From Bacteroidales bacterium (lineage in GTDB: Bacteria; Bacteroidota; Bacteroidia; Bacteroidales; UBA932), in the NCBI GenBank assembly GCA_016295245.1, contig JAEDLO010000001.1, positions 1 to 58,803 on the forward strand: a DNA stretch of 58,803 bases, written 5' to 3'. Below the pieces are notes generated by a model. The model saw only the letters and a program-made list of their open reading frames with translations. It was not told where the DNA came from and did not search any database. This document shows positions 47,474 to 57,844 of this stretch, one piece after another (the stretch's first letter is position 1; each line of letters begins with the position of its first letter). The position numbers were made by a program, and so were the translations under genes.

Positions 47474-49450
47474 TTGAAAAAGTTTGTCCTCACCATATTT
47501 CTGCTGTTTTCCAGCTTGACAGTTCTCCTTGCCCAATACGACAAGGATGTCTTTATGTGGCGTGGACGCCAGGCACTTGCGGACGGCAAATACGCCGCGG
47601 CCATCGAGAATTTCAACATCCTTGAAAGACTGGACACCACCGACTACTGGAGTTTCTTCTTCCGTGGCATTGCAAAATACAACCTCGGCGACCTTAGGGG
47701 AGCAAACCGCGACTTTGACCGTTCGGTGCGCCTCAACCCCGTCTTCACCAACGGCTACCACTACCGCGCGATTACCCAGAGCCGCTTCGGCAACTACGAC
47801 GCCGCCTTCCGCGATTTCGACAAGGCCATAGAGCTGCGCCCCGGCCAGATAGGCATCTACTTCTCCCGCGGAGTAACATCTTTCCTGGCGCGCAAATTCG
47901 ACGATGCAGTCGCCGACTTTGACAAATACATCCAGAAAGAGCCGAAAGATCCGTCTGCCTACCTCAACCGCGGCGCCTGCCACCTGTATCTTGCAGACAC
48001 CACCAAGGCCCTCGCCGACTACAACAGGGCCATCAAGCTCGACCGCTACGAGCCAGAAGGCTACATCCGCCGGGCGAGCGTCTATGCCAACCTGGGCAAG
48101 AGGGAGGAGGCCCTCAAGGACCTGGACAAGGCCATCGAACTGGACCAGTCCAATACCCTCGCCTACTTCAACCGCGCCCTGCTCCACTACGAGGACAAGC
48201 GCTACAACGAAGCAATGAGGGACCTCAACACCGTCCTCAAGAGTGAGCCGGGCAATGCGCTGACCCTCTACAACAGGAGCCTCATCTACGCCCAGGTCGG
48301 AGACTTCGAGCGTGCTCTCGACGATATGGACAGGGTGATCAACATCAATCCGGGCAACGTCCTCGCCCATTTCAACCGCGCCGCTTTCTTCGTCCAGATG
48401 GAGCGCTGGCAGGACGCTCTCGAGGACTACGACAAGTCCATTGAACTGTATCCCGACTTCGCCAAGGCCTACCTCAACCGCTCATATGTCAAGAGTATGA
48501 TGGGAAGGACGAGGGAATCCAAGGCCGACTACCAGACCGCCCAGCAGAAAATCAAGGAATACCAGTCCCGCGGAGGCCGGGGCTCAGCCCTGTCGGACAC
48601 CACCTCGCGCTTCAACGCCCTGCTTGCCCTCGATGCCGACTTCGCCAAGAAGGACTTCGACGACGAGCTCCTGCAGCATCGCGACATCGACATCCGCCTG
48701 CGTCCGCTCTACCGCTTCAGCCTCTGCCCGGAGGACTACAACCTGAACGTAGCCCTGTCGCGCCGTTACGAAAACGCCCTCATCGACAGATTCATAGAGC
48801 TTGCCGACAAGCCTGTGACCATAACCAATGCGGAGCTCAGGGGCGAGGATCTGCCAATAAGCGCAGAAAGTGCGGAAGAGTATTTCGTCAGAGGACTTCA
48901 GGACCTCCAGAACAAACGCTACAACTCTGCCCTGTCCTGGTTCGAGAAAGCCATCGCAAGCTCAGAGGAAGGTCAGGACAAGGACAAATACTCACGCTAC
49001 TACAAGGCCTTCTACCTGATGAACAGGGGCGTGCTCAAGGCTGAGATGACCGATTTCATCGCCTCCCTTGAAGGCAATGTCCAGACCCTGTCGATGGATA
49101 CCGAAGGCTCCACTCGGGCAAGGGTAAGCGACAAGGTGGAGCGCAACTACGATTATTCGTCCGCCATCGCCGATATCCGCGCCGCCCTGGAGATACTTCC
49201 GGACATCCCTTACCTGTACTTCAATCTCGGCAATCTCCAGTGCCTGTCGTCCCAGTTCGTGAGCGCCATCGAGAACTACGATATGGCCATCAAGCTCTAC
49301 CCTTATATGGGAGACGCCTACTTTAACCGCGGACTTGTACTCATCTACCTGAAAGACAAGGAGAAAGGCTGTATAGACCTCTCGAGGGCAGGTGAACTCG
49401 GAGTCAAGGATTCATACGGAGTAATCACCAAATACTGCGAAGATGAATAG
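47474..49450 (+). CDS. Tetratricopeptide repeat protein, exported
   Basis: Many 34-aa AY.NRG...A..D...AI.L.P repeats; TTG 47474 gives a clean signal peptide. Confidence 0.92.
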   Translation: MKKFVLTIFLLFSSLTVLLAQYDKDVFMWRGRQALADGKYAAAIENFNILERLDTTDYWSFFFRGIAKYNLGDLRGANRDFDRSVRLNPVFTNGYHYRAITQSRFGNYDAAFRDFDKAIELRPGQIGIYFSRGVTSFLARKFDDAVADFDKYIQKEPKDPSAYLNRGACHLYLADTTKALADYNRAIKLDRYEPEGYIRRASVYANLGKREEALKDLDKAIELDQSNTLAYFNRALLHYEDKRYNEAMRDLNTVLKSEPGNALTLYNRSLIYAQVGDFERALDDMDRVININPGNVLAHFNRAAFFVQMERWQDALEDYDKSIELYPDFAKAYLNRSYVKSMMGRTRESKADYQTAQQKIKEYQSRGGRGSALSDTTSRFNALLALDADFAKKDFDDELLQHRDIDIRLRPLYRFSLCPEDYNLNVALSRRYENALIDRFIELADKPVTITNAELRGEDLPISAESAEEYFVRGLQDLQNKRYNSALSWFEKAIASSEEGQDKDKYSRYYKAFYLMNRGVLKAEMTDFIASLEGNVQTLSMDTEGSTRARVSDKVERNYDYSSAIADIRAALEILPDIPYLYFNLGNLQCLSSQFVSAIENYDMAIKLYPYMGDAYFNRGLVLIYLKDKEKGCIDLSRAGELGVKDSYGVITKYCEDE

Positions 49451-50267
49451 TGTCAAATTCAAATCCTTCTCGTCGGGAAGCAGCGGCAACTGCTATTTCC
49501 TCGGAGTCTTCTCCGAGGATGTCTTCTGTCTTGGAGGCATACTGATTGACACGGGCGTCAGCCCCAGAAGGGTCAAGAGGGAACTCGCTTCCGACTCCCT
49601 CGGACACGACGACTATTCCGCTATCCTGATTACTCACGACCACCACGACCACATAGGTTCGCTCGGCTCATACTGCAAGCATCTCAAAAAGCCCGTCTGG
49701 GCTACCGAGAAGCTCCACCGGGCAATGTCCCGCCGCTACACTTCAGGGCCCTGTCTGGCCGACTGCAGGAGGATACTCTCCGACGGTTGGAACGAAATAG
49801 TGCCCGGCCTGATCAGGGCAAGGTATTTCGAAGTCCCCCACGATGCCACCCAGACCCTGGGCTACGCCATCGAAGCAGATTCCCACCGCTTCGTGATAAT
49901 GACCGACATAGGCGCGATGACGCCTCAGGCGCTATCCTATGCCCTTCAGGCCGATACGCTTGTAATAGAGTCCAACTACGACCTGCGGATGCTCGAAGAG
50001 GGACCTTATCCCGAAGAACTGAAGGAAAGGATAAGGGGCGGAAACGGTCATCTCTCGAATACCGAATGTGCAGATGCCATCAGACGGACTATGCACGAAG
50101 GACTGCGCAACATCTTCCTCTGTCACCTCTCCGAACATAACAATACTCCCCAGACCGCACTTGGTGAAAGCCGAGCCGTACTTGACGCGCTCGAAGGAAG
50201 CTACAGCAAGCTTCCGCGGCTCTCTCCCCTGCCGCACACGGGAGCCTCACCTCTTTACACACTCTGA
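49443..50267 (+). CDS. MBL-fold metallo-hydrolase (YycJ/WalJ-like)
   Basis: SGSSGNC, THDHHDH, PHDA, TDIG, ESNYD, GHLSN, HLSEHNN. Confidence 0.9.
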   Translation: MNSVKFKSFSSGSSGNCYFLGVFSEDVFCLGGILIDTGVSPRRVKRELASDSLGHDDYSAILITHDHHDHIGSLGSYCKHLKKPVWATEKLHRAMSRRYTSGPCLADCRRILSDGWNEIVPGLIRARYFEVPHDATQTLGYAIEADSHRFVIMTDIGAMTPQALSYALQADTLVIESNYDLRMLEEGPYPEELKERIRGGNGHLSNTECADAIRRTMHEGLRNIFLCHLSEHNNTPQTALGESRAVLDALEGSYSKLPRLSPLPHTGASPLYTL

Positions 50268-50272
50268 CACAA

Positions 50273-52102
50273 ATGAAAGACCTGATTAAAATCATACGCC
50301 GCTACGTAGGCCCCTACAAGGGATATCTCGGAGGTTCAGTCCTGCTGAACATCCTCTCGGCGGTATTCAACATCTTCTCCTTCTCGCTCCTGGCTCCTAT
50401 CCTGAAGATACTCTTCGAGTCGGGCGAGACCAACTATGAGTTCATCCCCTGGGACAGGGCATCCGGCTTCCCGGATATGCTCAACAACCTGTACTATTTC
50501 ATCACCGAATGGATCAAGGTTTCGGGCGCAAGCCACGTTCTGCTCTTGCTCTGCCTGGTCTTCTGCCTTATCACCTTCATCAAGACAGCCTGCTACTTCG
50601 GGGCGGCGGCCGTGATGGTTCCTATCAGGACAGGCATAGTCAAGGATATGCGTATGCAGATCTACCGCAAAATCATCTCCCTGCCCATAGGCTTCTTCAG
50701 CCAGGAGCGCAAGGGTGACATCATAGCAAGGATGAGCGGCGATGTCCAGGAAGTCGAGTACTCCATCACCAGTACCCTGGAGATGCTCATCAAGAACCCC
50801 ATCCTGATCATCTTCTACATCTCCTGGCTCTTCTACCAGTCCTGGCAGCTCACACTCTTCACTATAATCTTCGCGCCTGTAGTGCTGCTCATTATGAGCG
50901 CTATCGGACGCCGCCTGAAGGCGGATTCCGCCGAGGCCCAGAAGTACTGGTCAGACACCATGAGCCAGGTCGAGGAAACCCTCGGAGGCCTGCGCATCAT
51001 CAAGGCTTTCCTCGCCGAAAAGAAGATGAGCAGGCGCTTCGAGCAGATTACCGAGTCGATGAGGACAAAGAACAACCAGGTGAGCATACGCCAGTCAAGC
51101 GCCCATCCTGTAAGCGAATTCCTCGGCACCGCGATGATTGCCATAGTGCTCTGGTTCGGAGGCACCCTTATCCTCTCCGACAACGCTCCTATCGACGCGC
51201 CGTCCTTTATGACCTATATGACCATCCTCTACAGCGTCATCCAGCCAATTAAGGACCTCTCCAAGGCAGCCTACGGCATCCCTAAGGGTCTCGCCTCAAT
51301 GGAGCGCATCGATGCCATTCTCAAGGCCGAGAACCCTATCGCCATAGCCGAGCACCCGGCCCGCATCGACAAGTTCAGCGACAAGATAGTCTTCGACCAC
51401 GTCAGCTTCCACTACGAGAACGGGCGCGAGGTGCTCAAGGACATCTGCCTTGAAATCCCGAAGGGCAAGACCATAGCAATAGTCGGAGCCAGCGGAGCCG
51501 GCAAGTCAACGCTTGCAGACCTGATTCCGAGATTCTACGATGCCAGCTCGGGTAAAGTCCTCATCGACGGCATCAACGTCAAGGACTGCTCTCCTGAATG
51601 CCTCAGAGCGATGATGGGCAATGTCAACCAGGATCCTATCCTCTTCAACGACAGCATCTTCAACAACATAGCCTTCGGAGTTGAAGGCGCCACCCGGGAA
51701 ATGGTCGAGACGGCCGCCAGGATTGCAAACGCCCACGAGTTCATCATTGAGAAGCCGGAAGGCTACAACACCAATGTCGGAGACCGCGGAGTCAAGCTTT
51801 CAGGCGGTCAGCGCCAGCGCATCAGCATAGCCAGGGCGATACTCAAGAACCCTCCTATCCTGATTCTCGACGAGGCGACGGCTTCGCTTGACACCGAGTC
51901 CGAACGCGCAGTCCAGGACGCCCTCAACAAGTTGATGAGCAACCGCACCACCATAGCCATCGCCCACCGCCTGAGCACCATCAAGAACGCCGACGAGATA
52001 ATCGTTATGGACGAGGGGCGCATCGTGGAGCGCGGACGCCACGATGAACTCATAGCCAAGGACGGCTATTACAAGAAACTTCACGATATGCAGGCCCTAT
52101 GA
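50273..52102 (+). CDS. ABC exporter, fused permease and ATPase (MsbA-like)
   Basis: N-terminal TM domain, GASGAGKS, LSGGQRQR, LDEAT, IAHRLST. Confidence 0.93.
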   Translation: MKDLIKIIRRYVGPYKGYLGGSVLLNILSAVFNIFSFSLLAPILKILFESGETNYEFIPWDRASGFPDMLNNLYYFITEWIKVSGASHVLLLLCLVFCLITFIKTACYFGAAAVMVPIRTGIVKDMRMQIYRKIISLPIGFFSQERKGDIIARMSGDVQEVEYSITSTLEMLIKNPILIIFYISWLFYQSWQLTLFTIIFAPVVLLIMSAIGRRLKADSAEAQKYWSDTMSQVEETLGGLRIIKAFLAEKKMSRRFEQITESMRTKNNQVSIRQSSAHPVSEFLGTAMIAIVLWFGGTLILSDNAPIDAPSFMTYMTILYSVIQPIKDLSKAAYGIPKGLASMERIDAILKAENPIAIAEHPARIDKFSDKIVFDHVSFHYENGREVLKDICLEIPKGKTIAIVGASGAGKSTLADLIPRFYDASSGKVLIDGINVKDCSPECLRAMMGNVNQDPILFNDSIFNNIAFGVEGATREMVETAARIANAHEFIIEKPEGYNTNVGDRGVKLSGGQRQRISIARAILKNPPILILDEATASLDTESERAVQDALNKLMSNRTTIAIAHRLSTIKNADEIIVMDEGRIVERGRHDELIAKDGYYKKLHDMQAL

Positions 52103-52530
52103 GAATTCCCAAGTGTCTGAAAAAGGGGTCTGCCACCGGTACCCTGATCTTCAATCTGCTGCTCTTCGGCTATGTTGCCACCGTGGGCATACTCTGTTTT
52201 GCCAACCTGAATTCCCTGCCGGACATAGAGCGCTTCATCTTCGGCATTCCTACCGACAAGATCGTACATTTCTGTATGTTCTTTCCCTTTCCCATCCTGG
52301 CATTCTTCGCTTATGACAAGCAAACGGACACCATTCTGAGGGCTGTCGGGGCAGCCATAGTAATCTGGGCAACAGGTGGTATCTTTGCTGGTCTGACCGA
52401 GACTATTCAGGGTCTGCTGCCCTACAGGTCCGAAGATATGACTGACTTCATGGCCGACCTGATCGCAATCACACTCTCATCCATAATCGTACTCACCGTC
52501 GACATACTCCAAATCATCCGAAAGAAATGA
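52099..52530 (+). CDS. VanZ family membrane protein
   Basis: DKIVHF, TE..Q...PYRS...DF.AD motifs, four hydrophobic segments. Confidence 0.85.
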   Translation: MRIPKCLKKGSATGTLIFNLLLFGYVATVGILCFANLNSLPDIERFIFGIPTDKIVHFCMFFPFPILAFFAYDKQTDTILRAVGAAIVIWATGGIFAGLTETIQGLLPYRSEDMTDFMADLIAITLSSIIVLTVDILQIIRKK

Positions 52531-55439
52531 AAAAAATTGTCTCCTGTCTGTCAGTCCTGCTCTTTCTGAGCGCAAGCGCCTCCCCCGCACCGAAGGCAAG
52601 GGATCTCAAACCCCTGGCCGACACCCTGGGTCTGAGACTTGAACGCAGGACAGGAGTAAAGCAGGACCTGAGAATCAACCGGGTACTGAAGAGAGGCAAT
52701 ACCCTCGACCTGTATTTCAACAGCGAGCTCGCCTTCTACCCCTGGTATGAAGGAGACAAAGAGTGGTTCCTTTCTCAATTAAAAAAGGAATGGGGTCCAT
52801 ACTCCGAGGGGCTTTCCCTCGGAAGGATTTTCACCAACGGCTCAGGGCTCGACGAACTTGTCACCCCAAGGCTCAGTTATGACGGCCACCCATCCGACTA
52901 CGACCACAAAATCAGGGACCCGAGGACCAACCCGGGTCGCTTCATCGTCAGGGAAGATGAAGAATACTACGCCAAGGGCCTGAGCGACAGATATATAGCC
53001 CTATGGCAAAGCCACGGCCGCTATTACGACGAGACAGAAGGCGTATGGATGTGGCAGAGACCGCGTCTGCACCGCACCGTAGAGGATATGTACACCCAGA
53101 CCTATGTTCTCCCCTTCCTCATCCCTATGCTTGAAAACGCCGGAGCCTATGTGATGACACCCCGCGAGCGCGACCCCCAGAAATACGAAGTCATCTGCGA
53201 CAACGACCCGTCCTTCGAGGGCGAAAGGGAGGGCCTGATGCGACGCACAGGCTCCTACAGCGAACGCGGCAAGTGGACAGGAGAGGAGGGAGGCTTCGCC
53301 GACTTCAAGCGCAGCTATGACTTCAGCGACCTGCCTTTCAAGGCAGGTTCCGTGCGCAACGCGGTGTGCTCGGGCGACAAGCCAGACGCCTTCGCGACCT
53401 GGACCCCCGATGTACCGAAGCGCGGAGTTTATGCCGTCTATGTCTCCTACAAGTCATATCCCAACAGCAACGAGCAGGCGCGCTACACGGTCAGGCACCT
53501 TGGCGGCAGCAGCGTTTTCCTGCTCAATCAGAAGCGTGGCGCGCAAAGTTGGATTTACCTCGGCAGTTTCGAATTCGGACCCGGAGAGGGGTGCTCGGTA
53601 GAGCTGGACAACAGCGGCGAGCGTGACTGCGTGGTCAGCGCCGATGCGGTCAAGTTCGGCGGCGGTATGGGAAAACTTGAGCGCGAAGGCAAGCTGTCCG
53701 GGGTCGCCAGCTACATGGAGGGCGCCCATTACTGGATGCAGTGGGCCGGTGCCGACACCACCCTCACACGCCGCTGGGAAGGCGACTACACAAACGATTT
53801 CGCGACCCGAGGCGCCTGGACCAAGATGTTCAAGGATGAGAAGCACATCCCTTTCGACCTGACCTTGGGCTTTCACTCCGATGCCGGCATCGCCGGGGCA
53901 GACTCAACAGTCGGCACGCTTGCAATCTACACCCTGCGCAACGAGAGAAATCGCAAGTTCGAACAGGGAGGCCGCGACCGCATCGTGAGCCGCACCCTCT
54001 GCGATTTCGTCCAAAGCCAGATTGTCGCCGACATCCGTGAGGACTTCGAGCCGGAGTGGACCCGTCGTGCCATCTGGGACCGCAGTTACAGCGAGTCCCG
54101 CACATCCGACACCCCGGCGATGATACTCGAACTCCTGAGCCACCAGAATTACTCTGATATGAAATGCGGCCTCGACCCTGCCTTCCGCTTCACCGTCAGC
54201 AGAGCCGTGTACAAGGGCATACTCAAAACCCTGAGCGAGTACTATGGCTGTCCGTACGCCGTGCAGCCCCTGCCCGTAAGCGAGCTCTCGGCGCACTTGG
54301 GAAAGAACGGCGATAAGGCCATACTCAAATGGCAAGCTCGCCCGGACCCCAAGGAGCCTACCGCCGATCCGAAGAGTTACTTAGTTTACACCCGCATCGA
54401 CGACGGAGCCTTCGACACAGGCCGCAAGGTGCGCAAGCCTTCCGTCGAAATCCCGATTGAGCCGGGCCACATCTACAGCTTCAAGGTTGTCGCCGTCGGC
54501 GAGGGCGGACGGAGCTTCCCTTCGTCAGTCGTGTCTGTGGGAAGACCACTCGAGGCCAGGGAGGAAAGCGTGCTGATAGTTGACAATTTCGACAGGGTGA
54601 GCGCTCCGGCGTGGATTGATGCCCCGGGTTATGCGGGCTTCGACTCACGCATCGACTCCGGCGTGCCGTACATCAGCGATCTGGGCTACATCGGCGAGAA
54701 CTATGATTTCGACCCTCAATCCGAATTCATCGACAACGACGCCCCGGGCTTTGGGGCAAGCTATGACAACTGCGCCGGCATCGTCGTGGCCGGCAACAGC
54801 TTCGACCACTGCTACATCCACGGCAAGGCCGCCTTCGCGGCAGGTTACGCCTTTGAAAGCGCAACGCGCGATGCCTTCTGTAGAGAGGGAGCCTCGGGCG
54901 CAAAGCTCATAGACCTGATCTGCGGCAAGCAGGGCCTCACCAAGACCGGCACCGGGCAGCTTCCCGACCGTTTCGAGGTCTTCCCGGAGGACCTGCGCAA
55001 GCAACTCCGCAGCGTACACACCCAGGGCGTGGGCATCTTCGCCAGCGGCGCCAATGTCGCTTCGGATCCGAAGGCCTGCGGCCATCAGGGCTTCATCGAA
55101 GAGCTTTTCGGCTGCCGCCTTGCAAGCCCCGCCGGCACCCGCAGCGGCCTGGTCGAAGGAATGCCGTTCTATGACAGCATCAACGAAGAGCAGTATTGCG
55201 TAGAGAGGCCGGACGGGCTCAAGCCTGCCGACACGCAGGCTGCAATATGGCTTCGCTACCCCGGATCCTCTTTCGGGGCGGCAGTTTACAGCAAGGGGAA
55301 GTATGAAGGTTCAACAAGCGTATTGATGGGAGTTCCTCTCGAAACCCTCAAGAATCCTCAGGACAGGGAGGCGGTGATGGCTGCCGTACTCGAGTACCTG
55401 ACGGGGCGCTCGGCAGAGCCTGCGCTTTCTAGAAAGTAA
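52527..55439 (+). CDS. Exported multidomain protein: amidase_3-like, golvesin/xanthan-lyase C-terminal-like and Fn3 domains
   Basis: WQSHG, ED, FHSDA, LELLSH amidase-like motifs; G.YAVYVSY...ADAVKFGGG module; Fn3-like LKW...YSFKVVA. Confidence 0.75.
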   Translation: MKKIVSCLSVLLFLSASASPAPKARDLKPLADTLGLRLERRTGVKQDLRINRVLKRGNTLDLYFNSELAFYPWYEGDKEWFLSQLKKEWGPYSEGLSLGRIFTNGSGLDELVTPRLSYDGHPSDYDHKIRDPRTNPGRFIVREDEEYYAKGLSDRYIALWQSHGRYYDETEGVWMWQRPRLHRTVEDMYTQTYVLPFLIPMLENAGAYVMTPRERDPQKYEVICDNDPSFEGEREGLMRRTGSYSERGKWTGEEGGFADFKRSYDFSDLPFKAGSVRNAVCSGDKPDAFATWTPDVPKRGVYAVYVSYKSYPNSNEQARYTVRHLGGSSVFLLNQKRGAQSWIYLGSFEFGPGEGCSVELDNSGERDCVVSADAVKFGGGMGKLEREGKLSGVASYMEGAHYWMQWAGADTTLTRRWEGDYTNDFATRGAWTKMFKDEKHIPFDLTLGFHSDAGIAGADSTVGTLAIYTLRNERNRKFEQGGRDRIVSRTLCDFVQSQIVADIREDFEPEWTRRAIWDRSYSESRTSDTPAMILELLSHQNYSDMKCGLDPAFRFTVSRAVYKGILKTLSEYYGCPYAVQPLPVSELSAHLGKNGDKAILKWQARPDPKEPTADPKSYLVYTRIDDGAFDTGRKVRKPSVEIPIEPGHIYSFKVVAVGEGGRSFPSSVVSVGRPLEAREESVLIVDNFDRVSAPAWIDAPGYAGFDSRIDSGVPYISDLGYIGENYDFDPQSEFIDNDAPGFGASYDNCAGIVVAGNSFDHCYIHGKAAFAAGYAFESATRDAFCREGASGAKLIDLICGKQGLTKTGTGQLPDRFEVFPEDLRKQLRSVHTQGVGIFASGANVASDPKACGHQGFIEELFGCRLASPAGTRSGLVEGMPFYDSINEEQYCVERPDGLKPADTQAAIWLRYPGSSFGAAVYSKGKYEGSTSVLMGVPLETLKNPQDREAVMAAVLEYLTGRSAEPALSRK

Positions 55440-56175
55440 TGGAAACGCCGGTGCAGACTGTCCTGCTGACAGGGTCAAGCACAGGCACAATCACGGTTTT
55501 CAGCCCGAAAAGATTCTTTACCGGCTCAAGAAGGTAGCCCCCGACGTGGGCGCAAAGTATGCCCAGACCGGCACCTGCAACCACATCTCCGAGCCAATGC
55601 CAGTCGCGGTAGAGCCTCATCACGGCAACGGTAGTCGCAATGGCATAGGCTCCTGCACCCCAGGCATTGCCGTATTCCATCCTCACAAGTTCGGCTCCCG
55701 CGAAAGCGAGGTCAACGTGGCCCGACGGGAAGGACTTGGCGTCCACCTGGTTGGGACGCGGAGAGTAGATGAACTGCTTCATCAGGCCCGAAGTAACTCC
55801 AAGGGTGACATAGGTCAGGGCGGCCTCGATGACGCGGTCGACGAATGGATTCTCGGCAGGAACATTGAGGGCGCTCATTCCCAGGTCCATCACTACAGGA
55901 AGATACTGGATATAGTCGTCGAAACGCATCAGCTTCGCCGTACCTCCCTTCCAGTCGTTCATAAAGTCCCTTACCGGAACTTCTATCTGGTCGTGAGCGG
56001 CAAAATGCACAACCGAACCCGCTACAATAAGAGCGGAGGGAGCGATGAGCTGCTTGGCGTTGAAGCGGTAAGCCTTCGAAGGAAGGCAGGCTGAGGTGTC
56101 AATAATGGCATACTGGGCCCTTGCAGTGGTGGCGAGGGTCAAAAGAAGAACAATAACGGCTAAAAGTCTTTTCAT
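55429..56175 (-). CDS. PAP2 family phosphatase
   Basis: K......RP, SFPSGH, R.....HW..DV motifs. Confidence 0.9.
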   Translation of the reverse strand: MKRLLAVIVLLLTLATTARAQYAIIDTSACLPSKAYRFNAKQLIAPSALIVAGSVVHFAAHDQIEVPVRDFMNDWKGGTAKLMRFDDYIQYLPVVMDLGMSALNVPAENPFVDRVIEAALTYVTLGVTSGLMKQFIYSPRPNQVDAKSFPSGHVDLAFAGAELVRMEYGNAWGAGAYAIATTVAVMRLYRDWHWLGDVVAGAGLGILCAHVGGYLLEPVKNLFGLKTVIVPVLDPVSRTVCTGVSITF

Positions 56176-57314
56176 CGGCCGGAATACATATTGTCGTAGT
56201 ATTTCTCATATTCACCGCTGGTTACCCTATCCATCCATTCCTGGTGGTCGAGGTACCACTTCACGGTCTTCTCGATACCTTCCTCGAACTGGAGGCTAGG
56301 TTCCCAGCCGAGCTCTTTCTGGAGCTTGGTCGAGTCGATGGCGTAGCGGGCGTCGTGGCCCAGGCGGTCGGTGACATAGGTGATGAGATTCAGGTCCTCT
56401 CCTTCGGCGCGGCCCAAGAGACGGTCAACAGTGTTGATTACAACCTTGATGATGTCGATGTTCTTCCACTCGTTGAAGCCGCCGATGTTGTAGGTCTCGG
56501 CCACCTTGCCTTCGTGGAAGATGGTGTCAATCGCGCGGGCGTGGTCCACCACATACAGCCAGTCGCGCACGTTCTCGCCCTTGCCATAGACAGGAAGCGG
56601 CTTGCGATGGCGGATATTGTTGATAAACAGCGGGATGAGTTTCTCAGGAAACTGATAAGGGCCGTAGTTGTTCGAGCAGTTGGTCACGATGGTCGGCATC
56701 CCGTAGGTATCGTGGAAGGCCCTGACGAAGTGGTCGCTGCTCGCCTTCGATGCGCTGTAAGGGCTGTGCGGGTTGTACTTCGTCGTCTCGTAGAAGAAGT
56801 CCTCGCCGTAGGCCTCGTGGTGGCTGCCCGATGATGCCTTGGTGGTGAACGGAGGCTCGATGCCCTCCGGGTGGGTCATCTCAAGCGCGCCGTACACCTC
56901 GTCGGTCGAGATGTGGTAGAAGCGCTTCCCTTCGTATTTCTCAGGGAGCGATTCCCAATAGAGCTTAGCTGCCTGAAGGAGCGACAGGGTGCCCATTACG
57001 TTGGTGCGCGCGAAGGTGAAAGGGTCTTTGATACTCCTGTCCACGTGGCTCTCGGCGGCAAGATGGATGATGCCGTCCACCTTTTCCTCCTGCATAAGGG
57101 CGTAGAAGCCTTCGAAGTCGCAGATGTCCATCTTGACGAACTTGTAGTTCGGCTTGTCCTCTATGTCCTTGAGGTTTTCCAGGTTGCCGGCGTAGGTCAG
57201 TTTGTCAAGGTTGATGATCTTGTACTGGGGATATTTGTTGACAAACAGGCGGACAACGTGACTGCCGATGAATCCGGCACCTCCGGTTATGACGATGGTT
57301 CTGCTGTAGTTCAT
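56172..57314 (-). CDS. rfbB: dTDP-glucose 4,6-dehydratase
   Basis: GGAGFIG, DKLTYAGN, AAESHVDRS, STDEVYG, YSASK, CSNNYGP. Confidence 0.97.
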   Translation of the reverse strand: MNYSRTIVITGGAGFIGSHVVRLFVNKYPQYKIINLDKLTYAGNLENLKDIEDKPNYKFVKMDICDFEGFYALMQEEKVDGIIHLAAESHVDRSIKDPFTFARTNVMGTLSLLQAAKLYWESLPEKYEGKRFYHISTDEVYGALEMTHPEGIEPPFTTKASSGSHHEAYGEDFFYETTKYNPHSPYSASKASSDHFVRAFHDTYGMPTIVTNCSNNYGPYQFPEKLIPLFINNIRHRKPLPVYGKGENVRDWLYVVDHARAIDTIFHEGKVAETYNIGGFNEWKNIDIIKVVINTVDRLLGRAEGEDLNLITYVTDRLGHDARYAIDSTKLQKELGWEPSLQFEEGIEKTVKWYLDHQEWMDRVTSGEYEKYYDNMYSGR

Positions 57315-57344
57315 AATTGGCTTGAGATTTAACTATTATTCTGA

Positions 57345-57362
57345 CAAAAATAGTTATTTTTG
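57345..57362. promoter_or_regulatory. Back-to-back -7 elements for rfbB and rnhA
   Basis: CAAAAATA-GT-TATTTTTG, giving TATTTTTG on both strands. Confidence 0.65.
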
Positions 57363-57367
57363 CACAA

Positions 57368-57844
57368 ATGGCAACCAGACAGACAATATATCTTTATACC
57401 GACGGGGCGGCGAGCGGCAATCCCGGGCCCGGAGGATGGGGCGCCGTTTTGGTTTGCGGCACGCACCGCAAGGAACTGTCCGGCGGCTACAGACTCACCA
57501 CAAACAACAGGATGGAGCTTCTGGCGGTCATACGTGGACTTGAGGCAATCAAGTGGAAAGACGCGACTGTAAGAATCTACAGCGACTCCACCTATGTCGT
57601 CAAGACCGTCACCGAGAACTGGAAACGCAAGAAGAACCAGGACCTCTGGGCCCGCTTCGACGCTGTCCGGGCAGGTTTCAATCTGGAATTCAACTGGATA
57701 AAGGGCCACGCAGGACATCCGGAGAACGAGAGATGCGACCGTCTGGCCGTCAAGGCCTACAGCGAGGGCGTGCTCGAAGAGGACAACGCTTATGTAGAAA
57801 GTATTGAAACAGAAAATATATGCAGAACAGGAAAATTGTTGTAG
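57368..57844 (+). CDS. rnhA: Ribonuclease HI
   Basis: YTDGA..GNPGPGG, TTNNRMEL, SDS.Y, WIKGHAGHPENERCD. Confidence 0.95.
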   Translation: MATRQTIYLYTDGAASGNPGPGGWGAVLVCGTHRKELSGGYRLTTNNRMELLAVIRGLEAIKWKDATVRIYSDSTYVVKTVTENWKRKKNQDLWARFDAVRAGFNLEFNWIKGHAGHPENERCDRLAVKAYSEGVLEEDNAYVESIETENICRTGKLL

